A DNA stretch of 59,312 bases, the filler included, from Squatina squatina (taxonomy: Eukaryota), in NCBI GenBank assembly GCA_031763465.1. It is 3 parts of 3 records of this genome, joined end to end, with 100 filler letters (N's around TTAATTAATTAA, not from the genome) between each part and the next. Parts side by side here need not be neighbours in the genome. Positions count along the whole stretch, not along the records: positions 1 to 16,027 come from JARFOE010000004.1; 2 more parts are not named here. One strand, 5' to 3'. A program made the translations under genes and the position numbers. Position 1 is the first letter of the stretch. Every line of letters begins with the position of its first letter. The notes below the pieces were generated by a model, which was not told the DNA's origin, did not search any database, and was given only the letters and a program-made list of their open reading frames with translations. Of the stretch, positions 1 through 12,708 are shown one piece after another.

Positions 1-162
1 CTTGGATGTGTAAACTTGACCTGTACTTGAGAAATTTACTGTTTTTTCTCATTAGTGTGAAATACATGTTAATGATTATGTAGGTCTTCTATTCAGTGAA
101 ATAATGGCCGTTATTCTGTTTTATGGAGATTGCCATTTACAAAGTGATTGTAAAAGCACTCA

Positions 163-360
<198 letters not shown>

Positions 361-977
361 CTACTTTAGTTACAAAAATAAGATAAGATTTTTTTAAAAA
401 CATGACATTATTAAACAATGTAACATGATTAAGATATGGTATTAAATAAATGGAAGATTATATTGCACAGAATATTCTTTTTAAAAAAGGTATTTTTTAA
501 AAAACCTATTCAGTTAATGAAAACTGCCTTCCAAAAAAACTAAAAGAAAATCCAGGCTTTCAATACTTATCAGAGGTGTCCACTTCCACTGAGTGAAGAC
601 TGTATCAGTTATATTGAATACAAAATATACAACTCTGCCAGTCAAAATGTATTCATTTTCAGTAAAAATTAATTTAACACGAGAGAAACATAGCTGTTAA
701 CACAATTAAGACAAAAAGTTTACTCACCAATTTTAACATGATCGAAAATGCTAATTACTTACCATGGGTATGACCTTGCTTATTCTTTGAAAGAATTTCA
801 AACTGTGTATAGAATCAAGATTTGCCTTCATCCATGAGGCAAATGAGAGTGCGTCTATGAAATTGACTGTCTATCCCNNNNNNNNNNNNNNNNNNNNNNN
901 NNNNNNNNNNNNNNNNNNNNNNNNNNNNNNNNNNNNNNNNNNNNNNNNNNNNNNNNNNNNNNNNNNNNNNNNNNNNN

Positions 978-1116
978 AGACCGCACCTCCGACAGTGTAA
1001 CACCCCCTCAGTACTGCAGTGGAGTGACAGCCTAGAACATGTGATCAAGTCTCTGGAGTGGAACCAGAATCCACAACCTTCTGACTCAGGCAAGAATGCT
1101 ATCACTGAGCCATGGA
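978..1116 (-). mobile_element. 5' head of a SacSINE1/DeuSINE-like tRNA-derived SINE
   Basis: The reverse complement matches the head of the full copy at 23297 (tggctcagtg..., ctgagtcagaaggttgtgg, cactccagagacttga, ctaggctg). Confidence 0.8.
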
Positions 1117-2599
1117 TAACTGGAGGTAGCACTCCACTCCCACCGCTCCTTGTGTAATGAGTAATGTATGGCTCTATGGCCCACCCTGGTTCAGACCTCC
1201 CAGTAAAAAGCATTTTTTTTTAAAGTTTCCTTTACTGGGCTTCATTCTAATTTTCCCTCCATTACCTAATTCTCCATAGTGTGACTTGTATGCTGTCTCA
1301 TATTCGTGCACAATTGCAATCCAAAGCTGGAACTTTTCCCAAGTGGAACTGCAAGAATGCTGATTTGTATCTAATTATAAACTGAAATCTTAGACCAAGC
1401 AATGGCGGTGATTAAAGGAGCCTTCACTAATTTAAGCTTGTTGCACTGACCTTCTGCGCATAGTCAAATAATGCCATTCTTATTCCATTCACGAGTACCT
1501 CTCGTTCTGGGATATTCTGACAAGGGTGTCAACTGCTGTGTATTTTTCTCAAGTGCCAGAAGCGAATCTAGTGCAACTGATTCCAGTTAAGAAGTATTGA
1601 CTGAGATCTGGTGGATTTGCAGTGTACCTTCTAAATATGGCTGTGTGGGTGCACAAGACTGAGTGATGTCGTCCTGTTGCTGTACCCTAAAAACAAGCGT
1701 GTAAAGGGTAAAATGTTAAGGGAATCAAAGTAAAGGCCAAATAAAATCGAAAATTCTGAACTTGCATCATTACCATCCCCATTACATTTATTATGAGCGA
1801 GAGATACACCATTGCAGTCCACAAAAGGTACAATTGAATTGATTACACTATCAAACTGTACAGTGTGCCATATCAATCCTTTAAAACTTTATTTACCAAC
1901 CTGTGGGTAAATGCTGTTGACTATTGCAAGCTTCCCCAATTTGTAGCATTACACCAGCAGCACACTGCGTTCTCAAAGCCCTTTTGTATTTCCAAGCGTT
2001 TTAATGTTGCTGCTGGCAGCTTTCCACGTGCCTGTTTTTCTGGGTTTTTTGAATCTCCAGAGGCAAAAACACACTAAAAAAAGCACTAAAAGTAAATCCT
2101 GGTGTCCTTCAAACATCTCATCTTCCTCACGGCTAGACAACTGATTGAGAAACAAGATGATTTGGGCTGCATTGGTTGAGGAAAAGATCGTACAGCGGAT
2201 CCTCCAAATCCAGCTTCCATCTGTTGAGTAGTCACTAAAACAAACTTCTGTCTCAAATTACAGATACAAGTTACTGAAGCAGCCTCGATACTGCAGCACG
2301 GAAAGCTATCGGCCACAGACTTAGAAATACTCAACTTTAAAAGGTTGCATTTGAAAATCAGAAATGTAGTAAACAATGAGGAGGATAGTACACATAGACT
2401 TCATAGGACATAAACAGACTGGTGGAATGGGCAGGCACTCGTGGGATTGAGGGGCAGCGGCTGTGGGACAGNNNNNNNNNNNNNNNNNNNNNNNNNNNNN
2501 NNNNNNNNNNNNNNNNNNNNNNNNNNNNNNNNNNNNNNNNNNNNNNNNNNNNNNNNNNNNNNNNNNNNNNNAATGACTTTCCACTGACTTGCACAGCTG

Positions 2600-3490
2600 C
2601 CTTTAACTCAGTCAATGCAACTTATTTATTTAATGGACTGATACATGGCTGCAAGGTCAGCAAAGGGTGCTGGTGTATGGGGAGTATTCAAAGTGCAAAT
2701 TGCTTGACAGTGGAGTCCCACAGGGGTTGCTATGACTTTTATAATTTTTATGAACTTAGGAAGGTGGAAAGGCCAGGTCATGGGCAGAAAGATGAAATAT
2801 GGAGTTCAAGATGGGCAAGTATGAAGTCATGGGATTATATGTTACTGGTTGATGTAACAAAGCAGGAAAGAGACCTGTGAATTTTGGTAGATAGGTCGGT
2901 AAAACTGTCGGTTAGCAATTAAAATGCTGGTCTGTAGATCGAAGAGCATGATTTATAAGTCGAGGTAGGTGATGTTAGCATTGTAGCTGGCCTTGGTAAG
3001 ACTGCATCTGTGGTGTTGTGTTCAGTTTTAGTCTCAGTATTACAGGAAAGATGTAGAATTATTGGAGGGCTATAACTTAGGGAGTGTTACGTGGAAAGTT
3101 TGCACACTGTTGAACTTTACTCTAACGATGAGGAGCACAGAGGTCTTTATGATTTTCACAGGTTTTGGATTTGGATTCAGGAAAGTTCTTCTGTCATATA
3201 CAGGATTTGAGGAATCGGGGATACACTTTAAAATTGAGGGTATTGAAAGAAAAGAAGAAACCAAGGTAACATTTTATTTAGAAAGCAGATGACAGAATTG
3301 TGGAATAGATTAATGAGGGAGTGTGAACAGAAAACAATGACAACTGTTAGATAAAAGACTATGTGAATTCCGATTACAGAAGGGAATATAGCGTTATTAA
3401 TTCCAGAATCACAGCAAAAAAATTGTGGGAGGTTTGGAGGGGTTGGATATATGAACCAATGGTCTTCTTCTGCCCACAATGTTGCTATGC
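2600..3490 (+). mobile_element. Old, degraded CR1 LINE (3' part of ORF2)
   Basis: Remnants of SGVPQG and LVRPHLEYCVQFW (ggccttggtaagactgcatctgtggtgttgtgttcagttt) and a CR1-type 3' end, with many stops. Confidence 0.7.
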
Positions 3491-3789
3491 TACTATGTCA
3501 AAAAACAATTGTCCCAGTCTACAGCTGTTTGAATATAGACCTTGTATTTCTTAGAGCTCCCTTGCAAATTGATAAACCACATGCAACAACTCAGCAGGCA
3601 ATTTTCCAATAACTTCCAGTTTGACAGCAGAGTTCATCGTCAATATCACGCAAATGATTTTAATTGCACAATGATTGTTCACTTACATGAATAAATCCAG
3701 TTCTGTTCAAATCATGCAGCACTCATTGTGATACAAGCAGCTTAATCACGTGTCATTCTGAAACAAGTGTGTTATACATCAGGAAAAAA

Positions 3790-3925
3790 TGCAAAATACT
3801 GCAGATGCTGTAAATCTGAAATAGAAACAGAAAATACAGTAAACACTCAGCAGGTCAGGCAGCATCTGTGGAGAGGAAGATAGTGTTAACGTTTCCGATC
3901 GATGACCTTTCATCAGAACCGGGTG
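3790..3925 (-). mobile_element. Penelope-like element terminal fragment containing a minimal hammerhead-ribozyme core
   Basis: Characteristic shark repeat (aaatactgcagatgctg...ctcagcaggtcaggcagcatctgtggagag). The minus strand has gttCTGATGAaaggtcatcgatcgGAAAcgttaac. The family assignment is from recall. Confidence 0.65.
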
Positions 3926-6900
3926 ATGTTACAGATGCACAGTTTTTATAAGAAGGAACAGAGCCAGGGAAAGGGGGCGGGGAGAAAATAAGTGATCTGT
4001 GTTCAGGCGGAGGACAGGAGATAATTAAATTTAAAAAAACTAATAATGGTGTGGCAAAAGGAGGCAACAACTAGAGAAATAAAAAATGCATCCAAAACAC
4101 AAAGGATATGTAAATGGTTGCACCAGAATAGCAGAGGTGGACGGAACATGGAAAATCTGGCAAAGCGGAGAAAGCTCCACTGGCCCAGGAGTACGATGGT
4201 AAAGGCAGGTAACATCAGGGTGACTGACCAACCCACCATCCACGTACCATAAAGGGATCCACATCTGGTATACATCAGTATTTGCACTGAAAANNNNNNN
4301 NNNNNNNNNNNNNNNNNNNNNNNNNNNNNNNNNNNNNNNNNNNNNNNNNNNNNNNNNNNNNNNNNNNNNNNNNNNNNNNNNNNNNNNNNNNNNCAGTTAT
4401 CAAAGTTTTGGTGGAACAGTCAAATATTTCAGAACAATCATTGTGTCAGAGTAGGTGGCATTGGAACCAAACTCCTCAGTTGCTGGAGTTTCCAGCTCCA
4501 TCCATGGTTGTTGATGTTGATACTTTGAGCTCCCAATCAATTTGGATCGCTCTTTGCACATGAGCCTTCAAACACCTATATAAAACTTTGCATAACTCAA
4601 AAACACATTACATAATTTGTTAGTTTCTTAGCATTTTAGTAGTAATCATTAAACATCAAAGAATTTGACTGTGTTCTATCATATCTGGTCCTTTTCAATA
4701 AGCTACTGCAACTCCATTGTGCTTACCTAAGACTTTAATGTGGATCTGTTAACTTTCCGGATCTAAATGTTGGCTCTTAACCCATCACAAATGTTCGCAT
4801 TTTTTTCAATTAATACACATATTCCTATTTCAAACGAGAAATGGTCTAAGGTTTACCAACTCATGCCATCAGAATATGCAGCTGGAGTAGGTATCCCCTA
4901 ATTATTGAACATTCTCAGATAGATTTGTGGCTATGTCAGTGCCATTATAACACTGCAACTCAACCAGGCCCATTGAAAATAAATCATCCGCAGATGTCAC
5001 ACTAAATGTGTTGTAGCTTAAATTTGCCATTTGTTGACTGGAGTAGGTTCTCCTGAGATATGTAAGCATGCAGCGAAAGTGCATCCACCACACATTGAAC
5101 ACTGTAAGACTTCAAGGTGAAAAACACACCACAGAGTCCACAATACATACAGTCTTTGCTTTTTGGTGCTATTGTCCAGAGGTATGATTAATTCCTGAGT
5201 ATGCAAAGCCTTCTGGTATTGTACATGCCAAAAAAGTAAATGTAGAATAGCTGGAGAGTATTCAGTTCTCTCACAACAAATTGGAACACTGAATATCTCC
5301 CCATGGTGAAATCACAACTCTTTATATTGGTAAAATTTTGGATATACACAAACTAAAGCAATCCAGGCCAGAGTAGTGTTTCTTGTTCTTTTATCTTTTC
5401 TAAAAGTTCCTCTCTTTGACTTTCTCACTTCATTGCTATTCCATCCCATAGCCAAGAAAATGTAGTATTACCTTAGGATGACAAAGTGTCCGTTTTTTTT
5501 CACACTGGCATGCCCAATTAACAATTAGCTAAAAACTAATGGCTTGCCACACAACTGGTTGGTACCAACAAGTTCCAAAATTCTTAATTTGCTTTTGAAT
5601 AAGAATGGCCAAGTATTGAGCTGAACCAGGTTAATGTAAAACATGGTCTGTGGAGGATAGGCATTCCTCAGTTTCTATGAACTGCCAAAATTCTGGAATC
5701 TGGTGACTACACGTCCCAACGTATACACACCAATGCAACCTTTTCTGTCGACTCAGTTTTACTATTTGTTTATTTGTGCTAAATATGTGTACTTTAAGCG
5801 TATTTTAAGCAGGGGTTAACCCTTCCTCAATGTTAGACAAATAGTCAGTCACAAATCTGCCACACATGTTCTACTAATATGAAACTGTTGTAATTTATAG
5901 AACTGTTGGGACTCATAATTGTTGACTGGGTTAGTGATAGTCCATCTAGTTGAGTGATCACTCACCAACTTGAGGTTGGTCCAACTCGAACTCTTCTGCA
6001 GCGTACAAGAGCACAAACCATAGCAGAGGATGGTGATTCGATGTGTGGAGGATGTCCAGAAATATTCGCTGTTTTGCCATCAACATAGAGAAAATACAGC
6101 AGATGTCTTTCTCATATTAGTGTGTGAGGAGTAATCTCTGCAAAGCTAGGACTGAAAGATAGACCAAGATCTTTNNNNNNNNNNNNNNNNNNNNNNNNNN
6201 NNNNNNNNNNNNNNNNNNNNNNNNNNNNNNNNNNNNNNNNNNNNNNNNNNNNNNNNNNNNNNNNNNNNNNNNNNTGGCAGAGAAGCAGGAACCTGCCATT
6301 GGAGGAACAGCACATGTCCTTCCTCAGCTGCAGCGCCTTGACATTCAAACACATGGGGCTCACATTTATAAGAATGATGCTATCTGAATACCAATGTTTC
6401 CTGTAGTCATTAGAGTGTGCCAAGCACCTGCAAGGTCTGAGGACAAACGTGGAAGAATCTAATTACTGCATCTGTGCAATCAAACATAACCATTTATCCG
6501 AACTTTGCAAAGTTTACAAAGGAACATGTGGCAGTTCCAGGATAGTAACCAAAACATTTTCATCAATATTTCTGTCTCTTAATATCAAGCACTGAAAATA
6601 AAAGTAGTCTGGTATATGGTGTGCAGGTATCAAAAGCACATTGCCAAGATTGTTGTTCACATCACCCACAATAGCTAATGACACACAGGACGATGAAAGA
6701 TGCATTAGGAGGTCAACATTAAACAACTAGATTAGTACTTCAGTTGGGGTGGGTGCATAAGATAAGACACTCCACATCCAAAGCGCCAACATATGATGAA
6801 TAGAATATTTGCTGAAACAATTTACAGTAAAGTTGTTGTTGAAGGATAGAACATGTTGCTAATACTCCCGTTTATCATATATACAAGTTGATACTGGATG

Positions 6901-7191
6901 ACCTATTTCTATTCCATCTTTGTTGGGTTGATAAATACTTTAATCCCTTTTGAAGAGCTTATATTTTGAAAGCCTGTGTGCAATATTAATATTGGTAATC
7001 GAGCAAATGATGCTTTTATTTGTATTTTATAACAACAGAAACCTATTAACATACATTGTGATTGTAAAATAGATTTTTGCAAGCATTCTTGTTTACCAGC
7101 TTCGAGAGAGCCATGAATAAGGCTATTTCTATGCCACATATACTGGTCTCAGCAGCCCCGTTAACCACTTAGCACATGATTTATTACTTAC

Positions 7192-7294
7192 CCGGTATCT
7201 GGGATGAATGCCCATTGCCATAGCAACTCTAGCATACTGACTGATTGGTCGTTTGTAGCCAACTGCAGATGTAGACCTTTTCTTCATTTGGTGA
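7192..7294 (-). CDS. KIF3C: KIF3C tail-region exon
   Basis: ttttaccag|T CAC CAA ATG...TAC CGG|gtaagt encodes [34 protein letters not shown], close to the recalled human KIF3C tail. Confidence 0.93.
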
Positions 7295-8527
7295 CTGGTA
7301 AAAACAACAGAGATCATACAAGAGTAGAATAATAGAGGCAAATGATAGTTCTTAAAACTGCTCTGAAACCCTAAGCCCCATGAAATTTAATGAAGATCTT
7401 TCAACGTAAGGCTTTCAAAATATTATTGGCATTTTAACAAAAACCATGAGATCTGAACTGATAGCAGACACAGTGAAAATGGGGAAATGAAGGGATGTGA
7501 AGTTGTTAATCACCTTTATTTCACAATTGAAGAAAACCTGCATAACACTCTGTTGAGTTGTTATCTGGTTTCATTTTATGGAGTAATTATTGTATTAAGT
7601 TGTCGCTGCTTTGCTACTACCATACGAAAGAAGAAGTTGTCTCATGTACAGTATCCTGTGTATGGTGTGTCTGAACATCGTTATTTCAGATAGCTATTAT
7701 GTACAGGTATAAATGAAAGAATTTGTATTGATATAGCGCCTTTCACATTCTCAGGATGTCCCAAAATGCTTCACAGTCAGTGAAGTACTTTTGAAGTGTA
7801 GTCACTTGAATATAGAGAAGAAAAGATCACAAACAGTAATTTAGGAAATATTATCCAACTGCATAAATTTGTGCTTAACTATATATTGTAAGGTGCAATA
7901 AAAGAGCAGGGTTTTGTTTCCCTTCTGACTTGGACATATTTCACCATTCTTTCATCTTCACTAGGTCAATATCCTTGAATTCCCTATCTAACACCTGGAA
8001 GGAAATTGCCCTGTAAATTGCTTGACATGCTTAAAATGGAGTTCACGTTAAAAGANNNNNNNNNNNNNNNNNNNNNNNNNNNNNNNNNNNNNNNNNNNNN
8101 NNNNNNNNNNNNNNNNNNNNNNNNNNNNNNNNNNNNNNNNNNNNNNNNNNNNNNNTGGCTCCACATGCCCAGACAGACCTGCCCAACTGGTATGTCCAGA
8201 GGGACCTTGTTTGTGTCCTCTAGCTATGCTCGCTGCCCACGAAGACCTGCGAATGTATTCCTGCCCCATTTGTGGCCAACACTGATGGTCAATGCCACAG
8301 GATATCTCTCTGTTAGATATATATTCCCCATTATTTAGGGAAGAGAGGTAGATGTTATTGGCTGTTCTTCAGGTTAATTTTTTAAGTATAACTGTAATGA
8401 TACAGGTTGTAACTCATTTATACTGTGATTTCCAAAACTGTACAAAACATCAATAAACATTTAATGAAAAAAACATAGGACAGAGTAATAGATAAAGTAT
8501 GAAGTCATTTCTTACTTTTTTTCTCAC

Positions 8528-8650
8528 CTTTTTCAGCTTTTTGGTTTTAATTTCTACTTCTTGCTGGAGCGAGGTGTATGTGTCTCTCAGTTCCATTGTC
8601 TCCTCATCTCGCAGCAGCATCTGCTGTTGTATTTCTCGCTCTCTCCGTTT
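8528..8650 (-). CDS. KIF3C: KIF3C coiled-coil exon
   Basis: aaatag|AAA CGG...AAA AAG|gtgag; 123 nt encoding [41 protein letters not shown]. Too short to appear in the ORF track. Confidence 0.93.
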
Positions 8651-9517
8651 CTATTTAAAGAAAAAAGTAGAACGTCTGCTGGTAAATATATATCTTTCAA
8701 TTTCTGTGAAAAGGTTATTTCACATCAATTTTCATTAACTTTCACATCACTGTCATTTTGTAAAAAAATGTACAAAGTTTCTTTTCCTCAGTCTTTCATG
8801 GGCCTGTTTTAAATTTACAATAAAATATATGTTGCTTGAAAATCTTTTGTGCTATTCTTAGTGCACAGGTTAACTGACTTATCTTAGATTCCTGTGTGTG
8901 GTTTTTTACATGGCTTGATGATTTTCTAAAAATTTGACAAGAAGACATTAAGCAGTGTGCTAAAAATGGCGCAAATAAGAATTTCAACCGTTTCGCATTG
9001 TTAGAAAATTTATATTCCNNNNNNNNNNNNNNNNNNNNNNNNNNNNNNNNNNNNNNNNNNNNNNNNNNNNNNNNNNNNNNNNNNNNNNNNNNNNNNNNNN
9101 NNNNNNNNNNNNNNNNNNAAAAGATTTGGCTAGATGTCATAAACCCTGAGTGTGAAGCTTCAGTAGTTTATACATCTGAACCTAGAGATGATCATTTGCA
9201 TTGTCACTGAAGGATTACATGCCTAATACCATCACTAAAAGCTTACAGGAATTTAATTGGAAATGGAATGTATACACAGTGTCTTTTGTATAATTTATTA
9301 TTATAATAGTTTAATTTCACATCAACTTGAAAATGATCCCTATATTAGAAACAGAGGTAAAAATGCATGCACATGGAGCAATAATATCTACCTCTTTTGC
9401 TTCACTAGATTTGTCATGAAATCCTATTTTTCGTGAGGTTTGTTTACTACTCAAAAACCCATTAACCTTGAGGATTATAATGCTGAAATTACAAAACATT
9501 GTTGTTTACTAGCCTAC

Positions 9518-10383
9518 CTTAAATTTGGCTGCTAGTTGCTCTGTAGCCTCTTGCTCCCTTTTCAAATCTTCCATCATTCTCTCCTTCTCTTCTAACAATT
9601 TCTGTTTCTCTTCTGCCACCAAATTATGATCATCCTGGATTGCTACTTTCTCTTTCTCCAATGTGTCTTTTTGTTCTTTTAGATAATTTTCCATGTCCTT
9701 CTCTATGTTGTCTTCAACCTCCTCTCCTTCATCTGTGATCTCTTCTCCTTCCAGAATGATTTTCCTTTGGCTTTTTCTCCTTTTCTTGCTTAACATCCCT
9801 CTTCTCTCCAATTGAGCCTTCAATCGTGCANNNNNNNNTTGAAATTCTCTCAACAAAGCATCTTTGGGGTCTTCATTAATTCGAGGCTTGTTTTTAATAT
9901 TCTTGGTCCTGTTGGCATACCTCAATGTTGTTAAGCTCTCTTCATAATTACAAGATGCTGGGCCAATAGTGGCCACCATAATTGTCTTAGCATTACCACC
10001 TAAGGAGTCTTCCAACAGGCGGGTCAGTTTTGAGTCTCTGTAAGGAATATGGGTACTCTTACCGTCCACTAGAGCAGATATCACATTACCCAGTGCAGAA
10101 AGAGAAAGATTGATTTTAGTAGCCTCTTTCAGACGCTCTCCTTGGACTCCAGTTTTGCTCTGACGTTCACTACCAGCAAGGTCAACCAGATTCAACTTGC
10201 CCACTCTGATGTGATTCTCACCATCCAGTCCAAGCTCACTGCACTCAACGGTGACAACAAAAATGGCATGAGATCTTGAGCTGTACTCATTCATATTGGT
10301 AGATGCTACTGATCTGGTCTGGTTTCCAACATTCATTACATGTTCTATTTCCTTGACATTCTTAGTTACAAAGGATGATAGGT
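9518..10383 (-). CDS. KIF3C: KIF3C exon: second half of the kinesin motor, neck and stalk
   Basis: tttgcag|AC CTA TCA... to ...TTT AAG|gtagg. Contains switch I (NEYSSRSH), switch II (DLAGSE) and [10 protein letters not shown]. An 8-N gap lies at 9831-9838. Confidence 0.93.
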
Positions 10384-12176
10384 CTGCAAATTAAGAATGA
10401 AAACATTTGATTGTGGTCCACTAAACATTATAAAAGGACCAGTTTTCCCCATTTAACTTGAACAGAAAGTTTACACTACTGACACTGGGAAAATGTGCTG
10501 CTACAGGCCTCACTTTCTTCCCATGTTTTAAAATGAGTCTTATCAGTAATCTTGCTATAACAAAGGAGACATGTAATGGGACCCTCCCTTCAAAAGAATT
10601 CTGTTTCATATCTAAACTATCATTCCAGATAATGAAAGCAAACCAAAATAGTTATTTAGGATTTATCAAAAATAAACTCTGGATTGAACAGAAAAATGCC
10701 CAAAGCTTTAGATTTATTTATACAAATATTTCTGTGAACTTGTATTGATATACTACTGAGACAGATACCAATGCTTGTCTAAACTTTCACTTTCAGNNNN
10801 NNNNNNNNNNNNNNNNNNNNNNNNNNNNNNNNNNNNNNNNNNNNNNNNNNNNNNNNNNNNNNNNNNNNNNNNNNNNNNNNNNNNNNNNNNNNNNNNNNNN
10901 NNNNNNNNNNNNNNNNNNNNNNNNNNNNNNNNNNNNNNNNNNNNNNNNNNNNNNNNNNNNNNNNNNNNNNNNNNNNNNNNNNNNNNNNNNNNNNNNNNNN
11001 NNNNNNNNNNNNNNNNNNNNNNNNNNNNNNNNNNNNNNNNNNNNNNNNNNNNNNNNNNNNNNNNNNNNNNNNNNNNNNNNNNNNNNNNNNNNNNNNNNNN
11101 NNNNNNNNNNNNNNNNNNNNNNNNNNNNNNNNNNNNNNNNNNNNNNNNNNNNNNNNNNNNNNNNNNNNNNNNNNNNNNNNNNNNNNNNNNNNNNNNNNNN
11201 NNNNNNNNNNNNNNNNNNNNNNNNNNNNNNNNNNNNNNNNNNNNNNNNNNNNNNNNNNNNNNNNNNNNNNNNNNNNNNNNNNNNNNNNNNNNNNNNNNNN
11301 NNNNNNNNNNNNNNNNNNNNNNNNNNNNNNNNNNNNNNNNNNNNNNNNNNNNNNNNNNNNNNNNNNNNNNNNNNNNNNNNNNNNNNNNNNNNNNNNNNNN
11401 NNNNNNNNNNNNNNNNNNNNNNNNNNNNNNNNNNNNNNNNNNNNNNNNNNNNNNNNNNNNNNNNNNNNNNNNNNNNNNNNNNNNNNNNNNNNNNNNNNNN
11501 NNNNNNNNNNNNNNNNNNNNNNNNNNNNNNNNNNNNNNNNNNNNNNNNNNNNNNNNNNNNNNNNNNNNNNNNNNNNNNNNNNNNNNNNNNNNNNNNNNNN
11601 NNNNNNNNNNNNNNNNNNNNNNNNNNNNNNNNNNNNNNNNNNNNNNNNNNNNNNNNNNNNNNNNNNNNNNNNNNNTGCTTGATTTGTTATTGCAGCAACA
11701 GAATCAGTTGGATATCTGTCTCCTTTGACCAACCAGATGATTTAGTCATTTTGTTCCTGGCTTCTTATGTGTTTCTGACTAAGCAGTTATATGTGTATCA
11801 AGGATAATTTGATAAATCAGCAAAATCTTCTGTAAAAAAGACTCATTTTTGATGACTCAGATTTCAGCATCTGTCCTAAACCAAAAAGGGGGACGATTAA
11901 CATACTGGAGTAGAGTGGAAATATTGGCTTGTTTTTNNNNNNNNNNAGAATGTCAATTGTTTGATGATACTGACTCCTCCCCTCTCCACCCTCCTCCTCC
12001 CATTATCTTGTGAAGAAAACAAACAGAATCACGGCCTCCATAACACAGCCTCGAGACCCAAGGCAGCCTCCACCAAGCCTCATTGCCAAATGGTTACATA
12101 ATTTATTTATTATGGTTTTAATAAATATGAACTGTTATTTTATTTGCAATATTTAAGAAACAGATTCATACTTTAC

Positions 12177-12708
12177 CTTTAATGTAAACACCAGTTTCTG
12201 GTTTCTCTTTCAACTCCAGTTTTTTGTTCTGATCCTTGTTCAGAAGGTCTCGGATCTCCTCTTGGTAGATCTCCAGATAGGAAGCCCTCACCAGGTACTG
12301 CTGGTCCTGGGATCGCGATATATGAGTGAAAATTTGTTCGAATGAATTAGGGATGATCCCTCTTTTCTCTGGGTCGGCCCATATTCCTTGCATGGTGTAT
12401 GTTTTCCCAGTCCCTGTCTGACCATACGCGAAAACTGTCCCATTAAACCCCTGCAAAACCGAGTCGACCAAAGGGCGGACTGTCTCGTCGTATAGGTCGC
12501 TTTGCTTGGAACTGCTATCATAGACGGCATCAAACGTGAAGCTCTTGGGCATTTCACTGGATATTGCTTTGGGGTTCCGAATAGACACCTGTCCCAATTT
12601 CACATCCATGTCCACAATCTGGTCGGAAGCAGCCGCTTCTTCTTTACCATTCATTGGACGGCATCTGACAACTACCTTCACCGACTCGCAAACCTTGGCT
12701 TTAGACAT
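12177..12708 (-). CDS. KIF3C: KIF3C first coding exon (N-terminal half of the motor)
   Basis: Starts [18 protein letters not shown], has the P-loop GQTGTGKT and KIF3C-type residues ([31 protein letters not shown]), and ends AAA G|gtaaag. The phase-1 join to 10383 restores [15 protein letters not shown]. Confidence 0.93.

Noticed and set aside
4420-4576. Exon-like minus-strand segment after ttttatatag
   Set aside because: No frame resembled KIF3C or ASXL2, and no homology was recognised.
10775-11732. 317-aa ORFs here, and 275-355-aa ORFs at 40820-41891
   Set aside because: Almost entirely X from N-gaps, so they are ORF-caller artefacts.
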